A program made the position numbers and the translations under genes. Shown here piece after piece: positions 1-10,539 of a stretch of 64,000 nucleotides of DNA (position 1 is the first letter of the stretch; each line of letters opens with the position of its first letter). The notes under the pieces are model-generated. The model was not told the origin of the DNA and did not search any database. It worked only from the letters and a program-made list of their open reading frames with translations. The stretch comes from Longimicrobiales bacterium (lineage in GTDB: Bacteria; Gemmatimonadota; Gemmatimonadetes; Longimicrobiales; Gaopeijiaceae): positions 1,248,001 to 1,312,000 of the forward strand of contig CBDFIQ010000001.1 in assembly GCA_965248195.1 (NCBI GenBank). Reading direction: 5' to 3'.

Positions 1-1426
1 GGACGTCCGTTCCGAGGGTGAAGAGTTCGCCACATCAGGGTTGAGCACCGTGGGCGCAGCTGCAAGGGTCGACGCTTTCGAGGACGTGATTGAAAACGTG
101 ACCGTAGGCTTCTACGTCCAGGAGCAGTTCAGCTGGGAGGACCGACTCTTCCTGACGGGCGCCGTTCGCATCGACGAAAACAGTGCTTTCGGTACGGACT
201 TCGGCGCGCAGACCTACCCCAAGGTGAGCGGGGCCTGGGTGATCAGCGAGGAGTCGTTCTGGAACGTCGGCTTCCTGAATCCGCTCCGGCTGAGAGGGGC
301 GTGGGGACAAGCCGGGAGGCAGCCGGACACCTTCGCTTCTACGCAGATCTACCGTCCAGTGACGGGTACGGGTGGCCTACCCGCAGTGACCCCGAGAAAC
401 TTGGGCAACGCGAATCTAGGTCCGGAGAAGGGTCAGGAGCTCGAGGTCGGATTTGACGCCAGCTTCTGGGACGAGCGGATCTCGGTTGGGTTCACGCAGT
501 ACTGGAGGTCCACGAAAGACGCGATCGTGGCTGCACCAATAAGACCTTCCCTGGGGTTCCCGGGCACACAGTTCATCAACGTTGGCCAGATCGACAACTG
601 GGGCACCGAGGTCACTTTGGGCCTCCAAGTCCTGCGGGAGAACCCGTTGCGCTGGGATGTGGGCGTCACATTCGCGTACAATGACAACGAGATCGTCTCC
701 CTTGGGGACATCGACCGAATCCCGATACGGCGAGGCAGAGAGCACGTCGTGGGATATCCGCTGGCCGGGTTCCACGCTGTAAGGGTCGTCTCCGCAGACT
801 TCGTGTCGGGCACCAGCGGACCCGTGACCAACCGCATGTGCGATGCTGGGATCCCCTCCGGGGGAGGGTTCCTGCAGGGCGGGGCCACCGTCGACTGTGA
901 CGATGCCAATCGCGTCAATCGCGTCTATTGGGGTCCGACCCACTCTACGTGGACGGTCAACGCGACCTCGACGTGGACCGTGCTCGAGGACTGGAGGCTC
1001 TTCGTCTCTGTCACAGGTCAAGGCGGCGGATTGCTGCATGCAGACCAGGTCCCCGCGAAGCACACGAGTTGGAGGAACTCCCTGGCCATCCAGGAACAGA
1101 CCGATCCGATCTTCATGGGTCAGCTTGCCGAGATCCGAGATCCCACGGGATTGATCGATAATGGGTATCTCAACGTCCAGGAAGTGGGCCTCCAGTATCA
1201 GCTTCCACTCGCGTGGGCTGAGCGAATGGGCGCGTCACGGGCATCCATAGCTTTCGCCGCCAGAAACCTCGGCTTCCTCTGGCGCCAGGAGTGGAACACC
1301 AAAATCGGGGACGTGAGAGTGCCCGATGTCAGGCAGGGCCTCGGGAACCAGGAGTTTAGCGGACAGCAGGACTCGCAGGCCCCGCTGTCGTCGTCGGCTC
1401 TCATCAGGTTGAGGATCACTTTCTGA
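1..1426 (+). CDS. SusC/RagA-family TonB-dependent outer membrane receptor (5' truncated by window edge)
   Basis: Frame is open from base 2; motifs YVQEQFSWEDRLFLTGAVRIDENSAFG and LGPEKGQELEVGFDAS, C-terminal Phe; clear paralog of 11589..14609; followed by SusD-like gene. Confidence 0.92.
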   Translation, partial: DVRSEGEEFATSGLSTVGAAARVDAFEDVIENVTVGFYVQEQFSWEDRLFLTGAVRIDENSAFGTDFGAQTYPKVSGAWVISEESFWNVGFLNPLRLRGAWGQAGRQPDTFASTQIYRPVTGTGGLPAVTPRNLGNANLGPEKGQELEVGFDASFWDERISVGFTQYWRSTKDAIVAAPIRPSLGFPGTQFINVGQIDNWGTEVTLGLQVLRENPLRWDVGVTFAYNDNEIVSLGDIDRIPIRRGREHVVGYPLAGFHAVRVVSADFVSGTSGPVTNRMCDAGIPSGGGFLQGGATVDCDDANRVNRVYWGPTHSTWTVNATSTWTVLEDWRLFVSVTGQGGGLLHADQVPAKHTSWRNSLAIQEQTDPIFMGQLAEIRDPTGLIDNGYLNVQEVGLQYQLPLAWAERMGASRASIAFAARNLGFLWRQEWNTKIGDVRVPDVRQGLGNQEFSGQQDSQAPLSSSALIRLRITF

Positions 1427-1510
1427 TAAGCGGGCAGTGTGCGGTAATGACCGTGAAAATGCTGGAGGGAATCCGAAGGGCACCTGAAACGGCTACAGAC
1501 GAGGAAACTG

Positions 1511-2836
1511 ATGATAAACTTGAATAATACCTTGGATAAGAGAAGAAGCCGGGGCTGTCCCGCGGGTAGTCGGTGGCGTCGCGCCGGGACCTTGGGGGCA
1601 TGCGCGCTCGGGGTCTTCATGGTGGCGGCCTGTGACAGCCTGCTGGAAGTGGAGCTTCCTGGACAGTTAAAGTCGTCAGACCTGGACAATCCCCGGCTGG
1701 CAGACGTGCTGGTCAGGAGTGTCCAGTCCGACTTCGACTGTGCGCTGTCGACCTATGTCTGGGCCGGCGGTCTATGGGGCCACGACCTGTATCAGAGCGA
1801 CAATTTCAGCCGGGGCCGCTTGACCCAGCTTCGGTCCAACGAGGTCTTGACCTTCGAACAGGATGAGTGCAACGAATTCACCTTTCCGCAAATCTATCTT
1901 CCGTTCCAGATCGTGCGCTTTCAGGGAGAGGAAGCAGTGAGGCTGATCGAGGGCTTCCCCGACGGCGAAGTTGAAGACAAGGACTTCCTACTCGGCAAGG
2001 CGCACGCCTATACGGGCTATGCCTACGAGATCCTGGGCGAAACCATGTGCGAGATGGCGTTCGACGGTGGTCCGGTCGCAACGCGTCAATCCGCGATGGA
2101 GACCGCGAAGCTCCGGTTCACGTCGGCGATCGACCACGCGAGTCTGGTCACCTCCGGCCCGAACGTCGCCGAGGCTCTCGAGATCGTCAACATGGCGTTG
2201 GTCGGTCGGGCGAGGGCGAGCCTGAACCTAGGGGATGTTGCCGGAGTATTGGCGGACGCGGGCGCGGTGGACGCGGACTTCGTCCGATTCGCGGACATGG
2301 ACGATAGCGATAGTCGGCGTTACAACCAGGTGCACAACAGAAACGAGCGGGCTGGGGGAAACTCTACGGTGCACCCGAGCTACGGGAACCTGATGGTGGG
2401 CGGTGTGCCGGACCCCAGGGTGGACGTCGTGTTCCAGCCCAACGTAATCCCATTCGACGGGGTTTCGGAAGTCTGGTATCAATTCAAGTATCCGGATAGG
2501 AGTGCCGACATTCCATTTTCCTCCTGGCGCGAGGCCCAGCTCATGATCGCGGAGGTAGATCCGGTGCAGTCCGTGGCGATCATCAACAATCTCCGTTCGG
2601 CCCCTTGGGGTTTGCCTGCGTACACCGCCGGGACTGCGGCCGAGGTTTTCGCGCAGGTGTGGGAGGAGCGGCGGCGAGAGCTCTTCCTGCAAGGAACCAA
2701 GATCGGAGACATGCTGCGGCTCGACATTCCCGGAGTCTCGACGGATGACTTCGAGACTGGTGTAAACCAGCGAGGCAACCCGTACGGACCGCACACCTGC
2801 TATCCCTTGCCGGATCAGGAGACTCTCGCTTTGTGA
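1511..2836 (+). CDS. SusD/RagB-family lipoprotein
   Basis: Lipobox [14 protein letters not shown] and [11 protein letters not shown] motifs; directly downstream of SusC. Confidence 0.9.
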   Translation: MINLNNTLDKRRSRGCPAGSRWRRAGTLGACALGVFMVAACDSLLEVELPGQLKSSDLDNPRLADVLVRSVQSDFDCALSTYVWAGGLWGHDLYQSDNFSRGRLTQLRSNEVLTFEQDECNEFTFPQIYLPFQIVRFQGEEAVRLIEGFPDGEVEDKDFLLGKAHAYTGYAYEILGETMCEMAFDGGPVATRQSAMETAKLRFTSAIDHASLVTSGPNVAEALEIVNMALVGRARASLNLGDVAGVLADAGAVDADFVRFADMDDSDSRRYNQVHNRNERAGGNSTVHPSYGNLMVGGVPDPRVDVVFQPNVIPFDGVSEVWYQFKYPDRSADIPFSSWREAQLMIAEVDPVQSVAIINNLRSAPWGLPAYTAGTAAEVFAQVWEERRRELFLQGTKIGDMLRLDIPGVSTDDFETGVNQRGNPYGPHTCYPLPDQETLAL

Positions 2837-5064
2837 GTCCCAAAATGAAGGCTGATTGGAGGGCCGGGAGGGGCTGGAGCGCACTGCCCCTGGTGGGTGT
2901 CGCTGTCGTGGCGGGCTGGTTGACCTCGTGCTCGACGGCGGAAGTCCACGAGCCGCAACAGACTTCCTACACGGACGCCCAGGCCCGTGCGGGTGCGGCG
3001 GTGTACTTCACGACATGCGCGAGCTGTCACCTCACGAACTTTCAGGGATTCGGTGAAGCTCCGGCGTTGGCGGGCCCTGATTTCCTGAATACGTGGGGTC
3101 CCCGGCCGGTGGCCGAGCTCCTGGAGTTGGTCGGGGCGTCCATGCCTCCTACGGCTCCCCAGTCCCTTTCGGACGAGGAATACACGTCGGTGGTGGCTTA
3201 CCTGCTGAGCGTGAACGGAGTGGAGGCGTCCGGAACCCAGCTCACCTCATCGTCCTCCGGGCCGGTCTTTGCTGGGATGGAAGCCGCCGAAGAGGTCGGC
3301 CCCAGTAGGCCGCCGTCCCCAGGCACGCCCGGCAATGTGCCCTCGCCCAACGCTTTCGACCGGCCTCCGCCACCCTCCGGCGAGGTCACCGAGATCCCTA
3401 CAGGCCGCGTCGTGACCTATCGTCCCGTGGAGGAGTTCGCCCCGGTGTTGCCAGGCGATCTGACTTCCCCCCCCGACGCGGATTGGCTGCACTGGCGCCG
3501 AACCCTGGATGGCCAGGGCTACAGTCCCCTTTCCCAGATCAACGGGAGCAATGTCGACGACCTGCAGCTCGCATGGGCGTGGGGCATGGAGCCTGGAACG
3601 AGCCAGACTACACCCTTAGTCCGGGACGGAGTCCTCTACCTTGCCAGCCAAGGCAATGTGATCCAAGCCTTGGACGCGGCGGAAGGCACGCTGCTTTGGG
3701 AGTACCGTCGGCGATTCCCGGAGGGGAGAGGGGGTGGAGCCGACTCCCGGAGCGTGCGAAGTCTGGCGATCTTCGAAGACCTGATTATCCTCGCCACGAG
3801 GGACGCCGCCCTCGTTGCGTTGGACGCCCGTACCGGTAAGCCTCGGTGGGAGACCCAGGTGGCCGACTGGGAAGAGGGATTCAACTACACCTCCGGATCC
3901 ATCGTCGCCGACGGGAAGATCCTCAACGGAATGAGAGGGTGCAGGAGCTTCGGAAGTAGCTGTTTCATCACGGCCCACGATGCGAAAACGGGTGAAGAAC
4001 TCTGGCGCACGCATACGATCGCGCGCCCCGGCGAGCCGGGTGGGGACACGTGGGGCGATCTTCCCATGGAGCTCCGGGCGGGCGTGGACGTTTGGATCCC
4101 CGGGACTTACGACCCGGAATTGGGGTTGGTCTACTACGGCACCGCCCAATCCAAGCCATGGATGGCAGTAAGTAGGGGGCTCACGACGGCCGACTCCACC
4201 CTGTACGCGAACTCGACACTGGCCCTCGACATCGATACGGGCGAGATCGTCTGGTACTTCACACACGTGCCCGGAGAGTCTCTGGATCTGGACGAGGCCT
4301 ATGAGCGAGTGCTTGTCGACGTAGACGACCGCCCGGTGGTCCTCAGCATCGGAAAGAACGGAATCCTCTGGAAGCTGGACCGGAGGGACGGCGCCTTCCT
4401 AGATCTGAAAGAGACCGTCTACCAGGACATCTTCGAGGAGATCGACCGGCAAGAGGGGTGGGTGCGCTACAGGGAAGACATCCGGAACATGCAGTTCGAC
4501 GAGTGGCTCTCCGTCTGTCCTGGCACAGCTGGTGGGCATAACTGGCACTCGACCGCCTACCATCCCGGGGCGCAGTTGCTCGTGATCCCCCTGAGCCAGA
4601 GCTGTATGGACATGATTCCGCGGGAAGTGGCGCTCGAGGAGGGCCGAGGCGGCTCAGGGGGCACACGCATGTGGCGGGAGAGCCCGGTCACGGACCAGCT
4701 CGGGAAGCTCGCGGCTTACGACGTATCTACCATGGAGGAGGTCTGGAGCGTCGAGCAGCGTGCGCCTTTCCTCACCAGCGTGCTGACCACCGGAGGAGGG
4801 CTCGCCTTTGCGGGCGACTACGACCGCCGTTTCCGGGCGTACGACGTCGAGACGGGCCAGGTGCTCTGGGAAACTCGCCTCGCCAGATCCGCGGAAGGGT
4901 TTCCGATCAGCTACGAGGTCGACGGCGTGCAGTACGTGGCCGTTCCCGCGGGGCAAGGAGGCGGAAGCCCTTGGCGGATCCCGACTTTCCTCGGCGCCGA
5001 GATGATCCAGCCCGAGGGAGACGGGCACAACGCGCTCTATGTTTTCCGGCTCCCGACCCGGTGA
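2833..5064 (+). CDS. PQQ-dependent dehydrogenase with N-terminal c-type cytochrome domain
   Basis: Signal/lipobox LTSC, CASCH heme motif, Pro-rich linker, PQQ propeller repeats ([22 protein letters not shown]), [14 protein letters not shown]; start could be ATG 2845. Confidence 0.9.
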   Translation: MSPKMKADWRAGRGWSALPLVGVAVVAGWLTSCSTAEVHEPQQTSYTDAQARAGAAVYFTTCASCHLTNFQGFGEAPALAGPDFLNTWGPRPVAELLELVGASMPPTAPQSLSDEEYTSVVAYLLSVNGVEASGTQLTSSSSGPVFAGMEAAEEVGPSRPPSPGTPGNVPSPNAFDRPPPPSGEVTEIPTGRVVTYRPVEEFAPVLPGDLTSPPDADWLHWRRTLDGQGYSPLSQINGSNVDDLQLAWAWGMEPGTSQTTPLVRDGVLYLASQGNVIQALDAAEGTLLWEYRRRFPEGRGGGADSRSVRSLAIFEDLIILATRDAALVALDARTGKPRWETQVADWEEGFNYTSGSIVADGKILNGMRGCRSFGSSCFITAHDAKTGEELWRTHTIARPGEPGGDTWGDLPMELRAGVDVWIPGTYDPELGLVYYGTAQSKPWMAVSRGLTTADSTLYANSTLALDIDTGEIVWYFTHVPGESLDLDEAYERVLVDVDDRPVVLSIGKNGILWKLDRRDGAFLDLKETVYQDIFEEIDRQEGWVRYREDIRNMQFDEWLSVCPGTAGGHNWHSTAYHPGAQLLVIPLSQSCMDMIPREVALEEGRGGSGGTRMWRESPVTDQLGKLAAYDVSTMEEVWSVEQRAPFLTSVLTTGGGLAFAGDYDRRFRAYDVETGQVLWETRLARSAEGFPISYEVDGVQYVAVPAGQGGGSPWRIPTFLGAEMIQPEGDGHNALYVFRLPTR

Positions 5065-5123
5065 GCGCGCGGAGCAGTCCCGGCCTCGCCGGGGTTGAGG
5101 TAGGAGTGGAGCGGACACGCCTC

Positions 5124-5170
5124 TTGTGAATCACACTTAAGAGGGGCTTCGGCCGATTGTGAATCACACT
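5124..5170. promoter_or_regulatory. Two copies of TTGTGAATCACACT (internal palindrome TGTGA-A-TCACA), 33 bp apart; candidate operator
   Basis: Exact 14-nt direct repeat at 5124-5137 and 5157-5170 upstream of the flavoprotein RBS. Confidence 0.5.
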
Positions 5171-5202
5171 CGAGAGAGCTTCGACCGAGGAGAATAGGCG
5201 CT

Positions 5203-6861
5203 TTGGACAAGCACAAGCACGGTGACGGGCGAATTAGCCGAGGGGACTTCCTGAAGAAGGGTTCGACCCTGGGTGTAGGCGCGGCAGCCTTAGGTGGGTT
5301 GGACGGGGGAGACCTGGGAGCCCAGGAGGTCGTATGGGATCGGGAGGCCGATTTCGTCACAGTCGGGGCGGGCACCGCGGGACTCGCCGCTGCCGTCTCG
5401 GCGCTCGATCACGGAGCGTCGGTGATCATGGTTGAGGCGAACACGGACATCGGTGGCCATGGGTTGGTGAGCGGGGGGAATGTTCACCTGGGTGGTGGGA
5501 CCAGTAATCAGCGAAAATTCGGAGTCGAGGATTCGGCGGACCGGGTCTTCGAGGACTGGGTGAGCCCCGACCATGTATTGAGCCGTTACAGCGACAGGGA
5601 CCTGGTACGTGCGTTTGCCGATGAAAACGCCGCCACCTTCGAATTCCTTATCGAGAACGGCGTCCAGTTTCAGGACCACTTGACCGGTCCCGATCGCGCT
5701 TCGACGGTGCGCCGACAGCAACGAACGGTACAATGGCCCATCGCAAGCGAGCGTGTCACGCACAATGCGACCCGAGTCGGCTCCGGTCTCATCAGGGCGC
5801 TGGAGAAGAGCGCGAGAGCGAAAGGTGTGGAGATCCTCTTGGAACACCGCATGACCGGGATCATCCGCGAGAACCCGTTCTCAGGGAGGGTTCTGGGCGT
5901 CACTGCGATGCACCGGGGCGTAAGCGTGAACATCCGTGCGACGAAGGGCGTCTTGGTTGCGACGGGGGGCAGCAGAAGCAACGTCGCCCTTCGCAGGACC
6001 TTCGACCCGAGACTCACCGAGGAGTATCAGGTCGCGGGGGAGCCCTGGTCCAAACAGAGTGGGGACGGAGAACTGGCGGGGATGGCGATCGGAGCGGCGC
6101 TATGGAGCACCGCGAATCAGACTGCCGAGGACATCAGGATAATCTCGAAGACGGCTCGCATCGGGTGTAAGTGGGGCTATGCCAGTCTCATTTGGGAGCC
6201 CGATAGCATGATGTTCCCTCGTGCACGCGCCTCGGGCCTCACCATTCGGGGTTGGCAAGACGCGATCATGGTGAAGCAGACCGGCCGGAGGTTCTGGAAC
6301 GAGATGGACGGAGGGTTCGATTTTTACGCGGCGGCTATGGCGTATAGTGGAGATGATTCTAAGAGGAATGGAGGCGGACCCATCTGGGCCATCTTCGATG
6401 CCGGCGCCGTGGAACGGCAGGGTTGGGATCCCAATCCTCCCTTCGTTGATCGCGACGGCTACTTCTTCAGTGGGGACACGATCGCGGAGCTCGCCGGCAG
6501 GATCGACAACGAGTACCAACTGGAGCCCATGCCGCCGAGGGCTCTCGAAGAAACGGTAGCGAGGTATAACTCCTTCGTGGATACGGGGACCGATCTGGAC
6601 TTCGGAAAGCCCACACCCATGCACAAGATCCAGACGCCGCCGTTCTACGCGGCCTGGTCCACACCGATTCTCCACGACTGCACGACCGGTCTGAGAACGA
6701 ACATGAAAGCCCAGGTCATGGACTACTACGGCCAGGTCATACCCGGCCTCTACTGCGCAGGCGAGTCGCAGGGGGGCTTCGCCCAGCACGGCCTCGGCCG
6801 ATGCCTCGTGTTCGGTCGCATCGCGGGAAGAGACGCGGCATTGAACAGTGGTGAGGCCTAA
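5203..6861 (+). CDS. FAD-dependent oxidoreductase (fumarate reductase flavoprotein / 3-ketosteroid dehydrogenase superfamily) with Tat-like signal
   Basis: VGAGTAGLAAA Rossmann motif, VLVATGG, IPGLYCAGE, GRCLVFGRIAG; N-terminal SRGDFLK; TTG start after GAGGAG. Confidence 0.88.
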   Translation: MDKHKHGDGRISRGDFLKKGSTLGVGAAALGGLDGGDLGAQEVVWDREADFVTVGAGTAGLAAAVSALDHGASVIMVEANTDIGGHGLVSGGNVHLGGGTSNQRKFGVEDSADRVFEDWVSPDHVLSRYSDRDLVRAFADENAATFEFLIENGVQFQDHLTGPDRASTVRRQQRTVQWPIASERVTHNATRVGSGLIRALEKSARAKGVEILLEHRMTGIIRENPFSGRVLGVTAMHRGVSVNIRATKGVLVATGGSRSNVALRRTFDPRLTEEYQVAGEPWSKQSGDGELAGMAIGAALWSTANQTAEDIRIISKTARIGCKWGYASLIWEPDSMMFPRARASGLTIRGWQDAIMVKQTGRRFWNEMDGGFDFYAAAMAYSGDDSKRNGGGPIWAIFDAGAVERQGWDPNPPFVDRDGYFFSGDTIAELAGRIDNEYQLEPMPPRALEETVARYNSFVDTGTDLDFGKPTPMHKIQTPPFYAAWSTPILHDCTTGLRTNMKAQVMDYYGQVIPGLYCAGESQGGFAQHGLGRCLVFGRIAGRDAALNSGEA

Positions 6862-6980
6862 GAAGTCAGAATCATTTCCCGTTTTGCGTTGGTGGAAATG
6901 GGTTAATACCTTTAGAGGTTTCGCCCCGAGGCCCTCGGTGAGGGTGTTGAGATAATGATGAAGCTCTTTCTAGGAGAGTC

Positions 6981-8384
6981 ATGATGTCCGTCGCAGAAAA
7001 CACGTACGTAGGGACCCGAAGAGGATTTCTGGTTCTGACAGTCGTCGGATTGGTGGGCCTTCCGGGCGTTGTTGCCGGCCAGGACATCACCTTCGCCTCG
7101 GACGTCGCTCCGATTCTACAGCAGAACTGTCAGATCTGTCACCGACCGGGGGCGATCGGCCCGATGCCTCTGCTCACGTACGAAGACGCCAGGAGTTATG
7201 GTTTTTTTATCAAGATGAAGGTGGAGAGCCGACTGATGCCGCCCTGGCAGATTGTACGCGGTGTCGGGATCCAGGATTTCAAGAACGACCGCTCGCTGAG
7301 CGACGAAGAGATCAGCACGCTCGTCCAGTGGGTCGATTCGGGCATGCCGGAGGGAAACCCGGCGGATCTTCCAGAGCCTATCGATTGGGCTGCGCGTGAC
7401 GTGCTGGGTTGGCAGCTCGAGGGACAGCTGGGGCGCCCGCCGGATATGATCGTGGCTTCACCGCCGTTCGACGTGGTTCCCAACGGTCAAGACCAGTGGT
7501 CGTTCCCGATAACGAGGCTGGACGATCTGAAGGAGCGGAGGGTGGTCATGGCCGCCGAGATCAGGCCCGGGAATGTCGAGGCACGATACGTTTTTCACCA
7601 CGGCAACAGTCGGTTGGCCGCTTCGGCTGCCGGAAAGGACTACGACGTCTACCCCGAAGATGGCGGGACGACGCTCGAGCCCGGTGAGGAAATCTCATGG
7701 AACCTGCACTTCTTTCCTATCGGGCAGGAAGTCAAAGACGCCTTCATCGAAACCGGCGTGTGGTTCTACCCGAAGGACCAGGAGCCGCAGTTCGAGTCCT
7801 ATTCTACCACGTTCTTGGCTGATCCCATCAACAACCGCAGCGTCATGCCATCGGGTAATCCGTGTTGGAAGCAGCCCGCGGAGGCTGACTTGGACAGCGA
7901 GGCATGTACGCGGCTGACCAGATCCAACAGCCTTCTGATACCGCCCAATGGCCAAGCGATGCTGCAGGGCGTGCACGTGCTCGATCGGCCCATGCGGCTC
8001 CACAGTATTCGGGGGCACATGCACATGCGCGGCAGGCATCATTCGCTGGAAGCGATCTATCCCGATGGTAGGCATGAAATCGTGAACAGGATCAACTTCG
8101 ACCAGAGATGGCATATCGCGCACATCTATGAAGATCACGCGCGGCCGCTCTTCCCGAAGGGGACGGTCCTCATCGTCAACTCGTACTACGACAATACGGC
8201 AGACAACCCGACCAATCCCGATCCCGAGCAGTGGGTTACGTTTGGCAGACGGAGTGCCAGCGAGATGTCACACCTGTGGGTTGGGGTGACCTATTTCGAC
8301 AACGAGGAAGACTTCCAGAAGTTGGTAGAGGAGCGCGAACAGCGCAGACGGACGCCTGCGAACGCAGTAGGAGGAGATGGCTAA
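6981..8384 (+). CDS. Heme c-fused copper type II monooxygenase (PHM/DBH-like)
   Basis: Signal peptide, CQICH, FHHG, NLHF, RGHMH, SEMSH = full CuH (H,H,H) and CuM (H,H,M) ligand pattern. Confidence 0.82.
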   Translation: MMSVAENTYVGTRRGFLVLTVVGLVGLPGVVAGQDITFASDVAPILQQNCQICHRPGAIGPMPLLTYEDARSYGFFIKMKVESRLMPPWQIVRGVGIQDFKNDRSLSDEEISTLVQWVDSGMPEGNPADLPEPIDWAARDVLGWQLEGQLGRPPDMIVASPPFDVVPNGQDQWSFPITRLDDLKERRVVMAAEIRPGNVEARYVFHHGNSRLAASAAGKDYDVYPEDGGTTLEPGEEISWNLHFFPIGQEVKDAFIETGVWFYPKDQEPQFESYSTTFLADPINNRSVMPSGNPCWKQPAEADLDSEACTRLTRSNSLLIPPNGQAMLQGVHVLDRPMRLHSIRGHMHMRGRHHSLEAIYPDGRHEIVNRINFDQRWHIAHIYEDHARPLFPKGTVLIVNSYYDNTADNPTNPDPEQWVTFGRRSASEMSHLWVGVTYFDNEEDFQKLVEEREQRRRTPANAVGGDG

Positions 8385-9276
8385 CCGCTGGGTAGTTGCT
8401 ACGCTTCTGACCATTAGTTGGACTCCCCTCGAGGGGCAGCAGCCCGGCTCCGCCGGTTATGACTTCATGCCGGGGACGTTTCTGCCGTCCGGTCAGCCCA
8501 TTGTACCGATTTTCGAGGGGTGGTATCCGAATCCGGACGGGACCTACGGGCTCTGTTTCGGATACTGGAGCGGCAACACCGAGGAAACGCTGAGCATCCC
8601 ACTGGGATCGGACAACGTCATCGAGCCGAGGCAGTATGACGGCAATCAGCCGACGCTATTCAGGCCAAGACCGAGAACGGGGTGGCGAAGGCATTACTGC
8701 ACCTTTGTGATCGACGTGCCGGCGGACTGGGGGAGCCAGGATGTGATCTGGACGGTCGGGAACCATGGGGAGACGTATGCGGCGGTAGGGCACCTGACGG
8801 TGCCTTCCTATATGCTCGACGAACCAGTGGCCGCGGGGCGTGCGTCCTCCATCCCCGAAGACGAACCGTGGGATTCGAGGGCGGGCTACGGGAGCTGGCA
8901 GGGCGCTGAGGCACCCCTGCTCCAATTCGTCGAGCCGGGCGGGCCGGAAGGGATCGGACGGAGTGGCGTGACTGCCGGACCGGTCACGGTCCGCGTCGGA
9001 CAGCCACTGACGCTGAGGGTCAGGGTGGGCACCCCCGACGGGAGGGACGCCCGCTGGTGGGTTGGATGGTGGGAGCACCAAGGTCCCGGGACCGTGACGA
9101 TCGGCCAGCGAGAGATGGAAGCCGACCCGACGACTGACTATTTGGCGACGACCACGGCAACGTTCAATGAACCGGGCGACTACGTTATCGCTTTGCAGGC
9201 GATCGAGAGCATTCAATCCTTCGAGCGCTTCTGCTGTTGGACCAACGGCTACGTGGAGGTCACCGTTACACGGTAA
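8377..9276 (+). CDS. Exported hypothetical protein with C-terminal Ig/PKD-like domain and CCWTNGY motif
   Basis: Overlaps upstream stop by 8 nt, AGGAGG RBS; paralog of 29177..30133 (FEGWYPN, QPTLF, TATF.EPG.Y, CCWTNGY). Confidence 0.85.
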   Translation: MANRWVVATLLTISWTPLEGQQPGSAGYDFMPGTFLPSGQPIVPIFEGWYPNPDGTYGLCFGYWSGNTEETLSIPLGSDNVIEPRQYDGNQPTLFRPRPRTGWRRHYCTFVIDVPADWGSQDVIWTVGNHGETYAAVGHLTVPSYMLDEPVAAGRASSIPEDEPWDSRAGYGSWQGAEAPLLQFVEPGGPEGIGRSGVTAGPVTVRVGQPLTLRVRVGTPDGRDARWWVGWWEHQGPGTVTIGQREMEADPTTDYLATTTATFNEPGDYVIALQAIESIQSFERFCCWTNGYVEVTVTR

Positions 9277-9379
9277 GGGGTGTAAATCGGTCTCCTCGTG
9301 ACCCCTTGCCTACTCCTGCTCACTTTCGTATCTCGACAAAGCGTGGACGCACGTCGCTAACGCTTTCAGGGAGATTGAG

Positions 9380-10441
9380 ATGAAGCATGCCAATCGGATC
9401 GGGTCGACATTCCTCGCCGTCTTCGCGGCGTTGGTCGTGATGTTGGCCGGGGATCTACACGCCCAAGGAGCCAACAATCCGTATCACGCCGAAGACGCTT
9501 GGGAGAACCTCCCGGAGGGGAGGGTCTTCGGAGCGCTCACTGGGGGCTTCCCTGATCCCGATGGCGAGCACCTGTGGATGTTGAACAGGTGTGGCGCAAA
9601 CATATGCGCGGATAGCGACCTGGACCCGATCCTCAAGTTCGACATGGACGGGAACGTGGTGGACAGCTTCGGCGGAGGCCTATTCGGGTTCCCTCACGGT
9701 TTCTTCCTGGACCACGACGGTTTTCTGTGGGTGACCGAGGGTGCGCCCGACGGAGACAATCGCGCAGAACCTGGCTACAGGCGTGGGTTGGGCCATCAGG
9801 TCCACAAACTCAACCAGCGGGGAGAGGTGGTGATGAGCCTGGGCGAGGCCGGAGTCCACGGGGACGATGAGGACCACTTCAATGGACCCGCTGATGTTCT
9901 GGTCGCTCCGAATGGTGATATCTGGGTCGCGGATGGGCATCGCGGCGGCAACAACCGCATCGTCAAATTCGACAGCGAGGGTCGATTCCTCCTGGCGGTG
10001 GGTGGTGGTGTCGGTTCAGAGAGCAAGGAAGCGGGCAGGTTTGATGATCCGCATGGTCTCGCGATGGATTCCAGAGGACGGCTCTTCGTCGCCGATCGGG
10101 GTAACAGTCGGATTCAGATCTTCGACCAGACGGGCGATCTCCTCGCGATTTGGACGCAGTTCGGAAAGCCGAGCGGTCTCTTCATCGACGGTGACGACAT
10201 CCTCTATGTGGTCGACGGGTTGTCGGGTCTGGAACGTCCCGCATGGCGGGACAACCCCGGATGGGAGCAGGGTATCCGGATCGGAGACGCTGAAACGGGG
10301 TGGGTGACGGCCTTCATTCCCAACGTTTCTGCGGCGGCCGGTGCCGGCATGGAGTTCCTTGCCGTGGATTTCGAGGGCAACATCTACGTCAACGACCTCT
10401 CCCGAGTGCGTTTGGCGAAGTACACGCAGTTCAGGCCGTAG
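9380..10441 (+). CDS. NHL-repeat beta-propeller, peptidyl-alpha-hydroxyglycine alpha-amidating lyase (PAL)-like
   Basis: Signal peptide; FPHG, FNGPADV, DPHGL, ADRGNSRIQIFD repeats. Confidence 0.88.
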   Translation: MKHANRIGSTFLAVFAALVVMLAGDLHAQGANNPYHAEDAWENLPEGRVFGALTGGFPDPDGEHLWMLNRCGANICADSDLDPILKFDMDGNVVDSFGGGLFGFPHGFFLDHDGFLWVTEGAPDGDNRAEPGYRRGLGHQVHKLNQRGEVVMSLGEAGVHGDDEDHFNGPADVLVAPNGDIWVADGHRGGNNRIVKFDSEGRFLLAVGGGVGSESKEAGRFDDPHGLAMDSRGRLFVADRGNSRIQIFDQTGDLLAIWTQFGKPSGLFIDGDDILYVVDGLSGLERPAWRDNPGWEQGIRIGDAETGWVTAFIPNVSAAAGAGMEFLAVDFEGNIYVNDLSRVRLAKYTQFRP

Positions 10442-10539
10442 GCCGCCCGACCGGGCCCGGGTAGCCCTTCTCCCTCACGGTCAGGCTCCACGCGCACGGG
10501 TGGTCCGTTCGCGGCCGGATCAGAGGGCTGGCGCGGATG

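Noticed and set aside
5124..5170. CRP or Rex site
   Set aside because: Half-site spacing is 1 nt, not 6 (CRP) nor the TTGTGAA-N4-TTCACAA layout (Rex)
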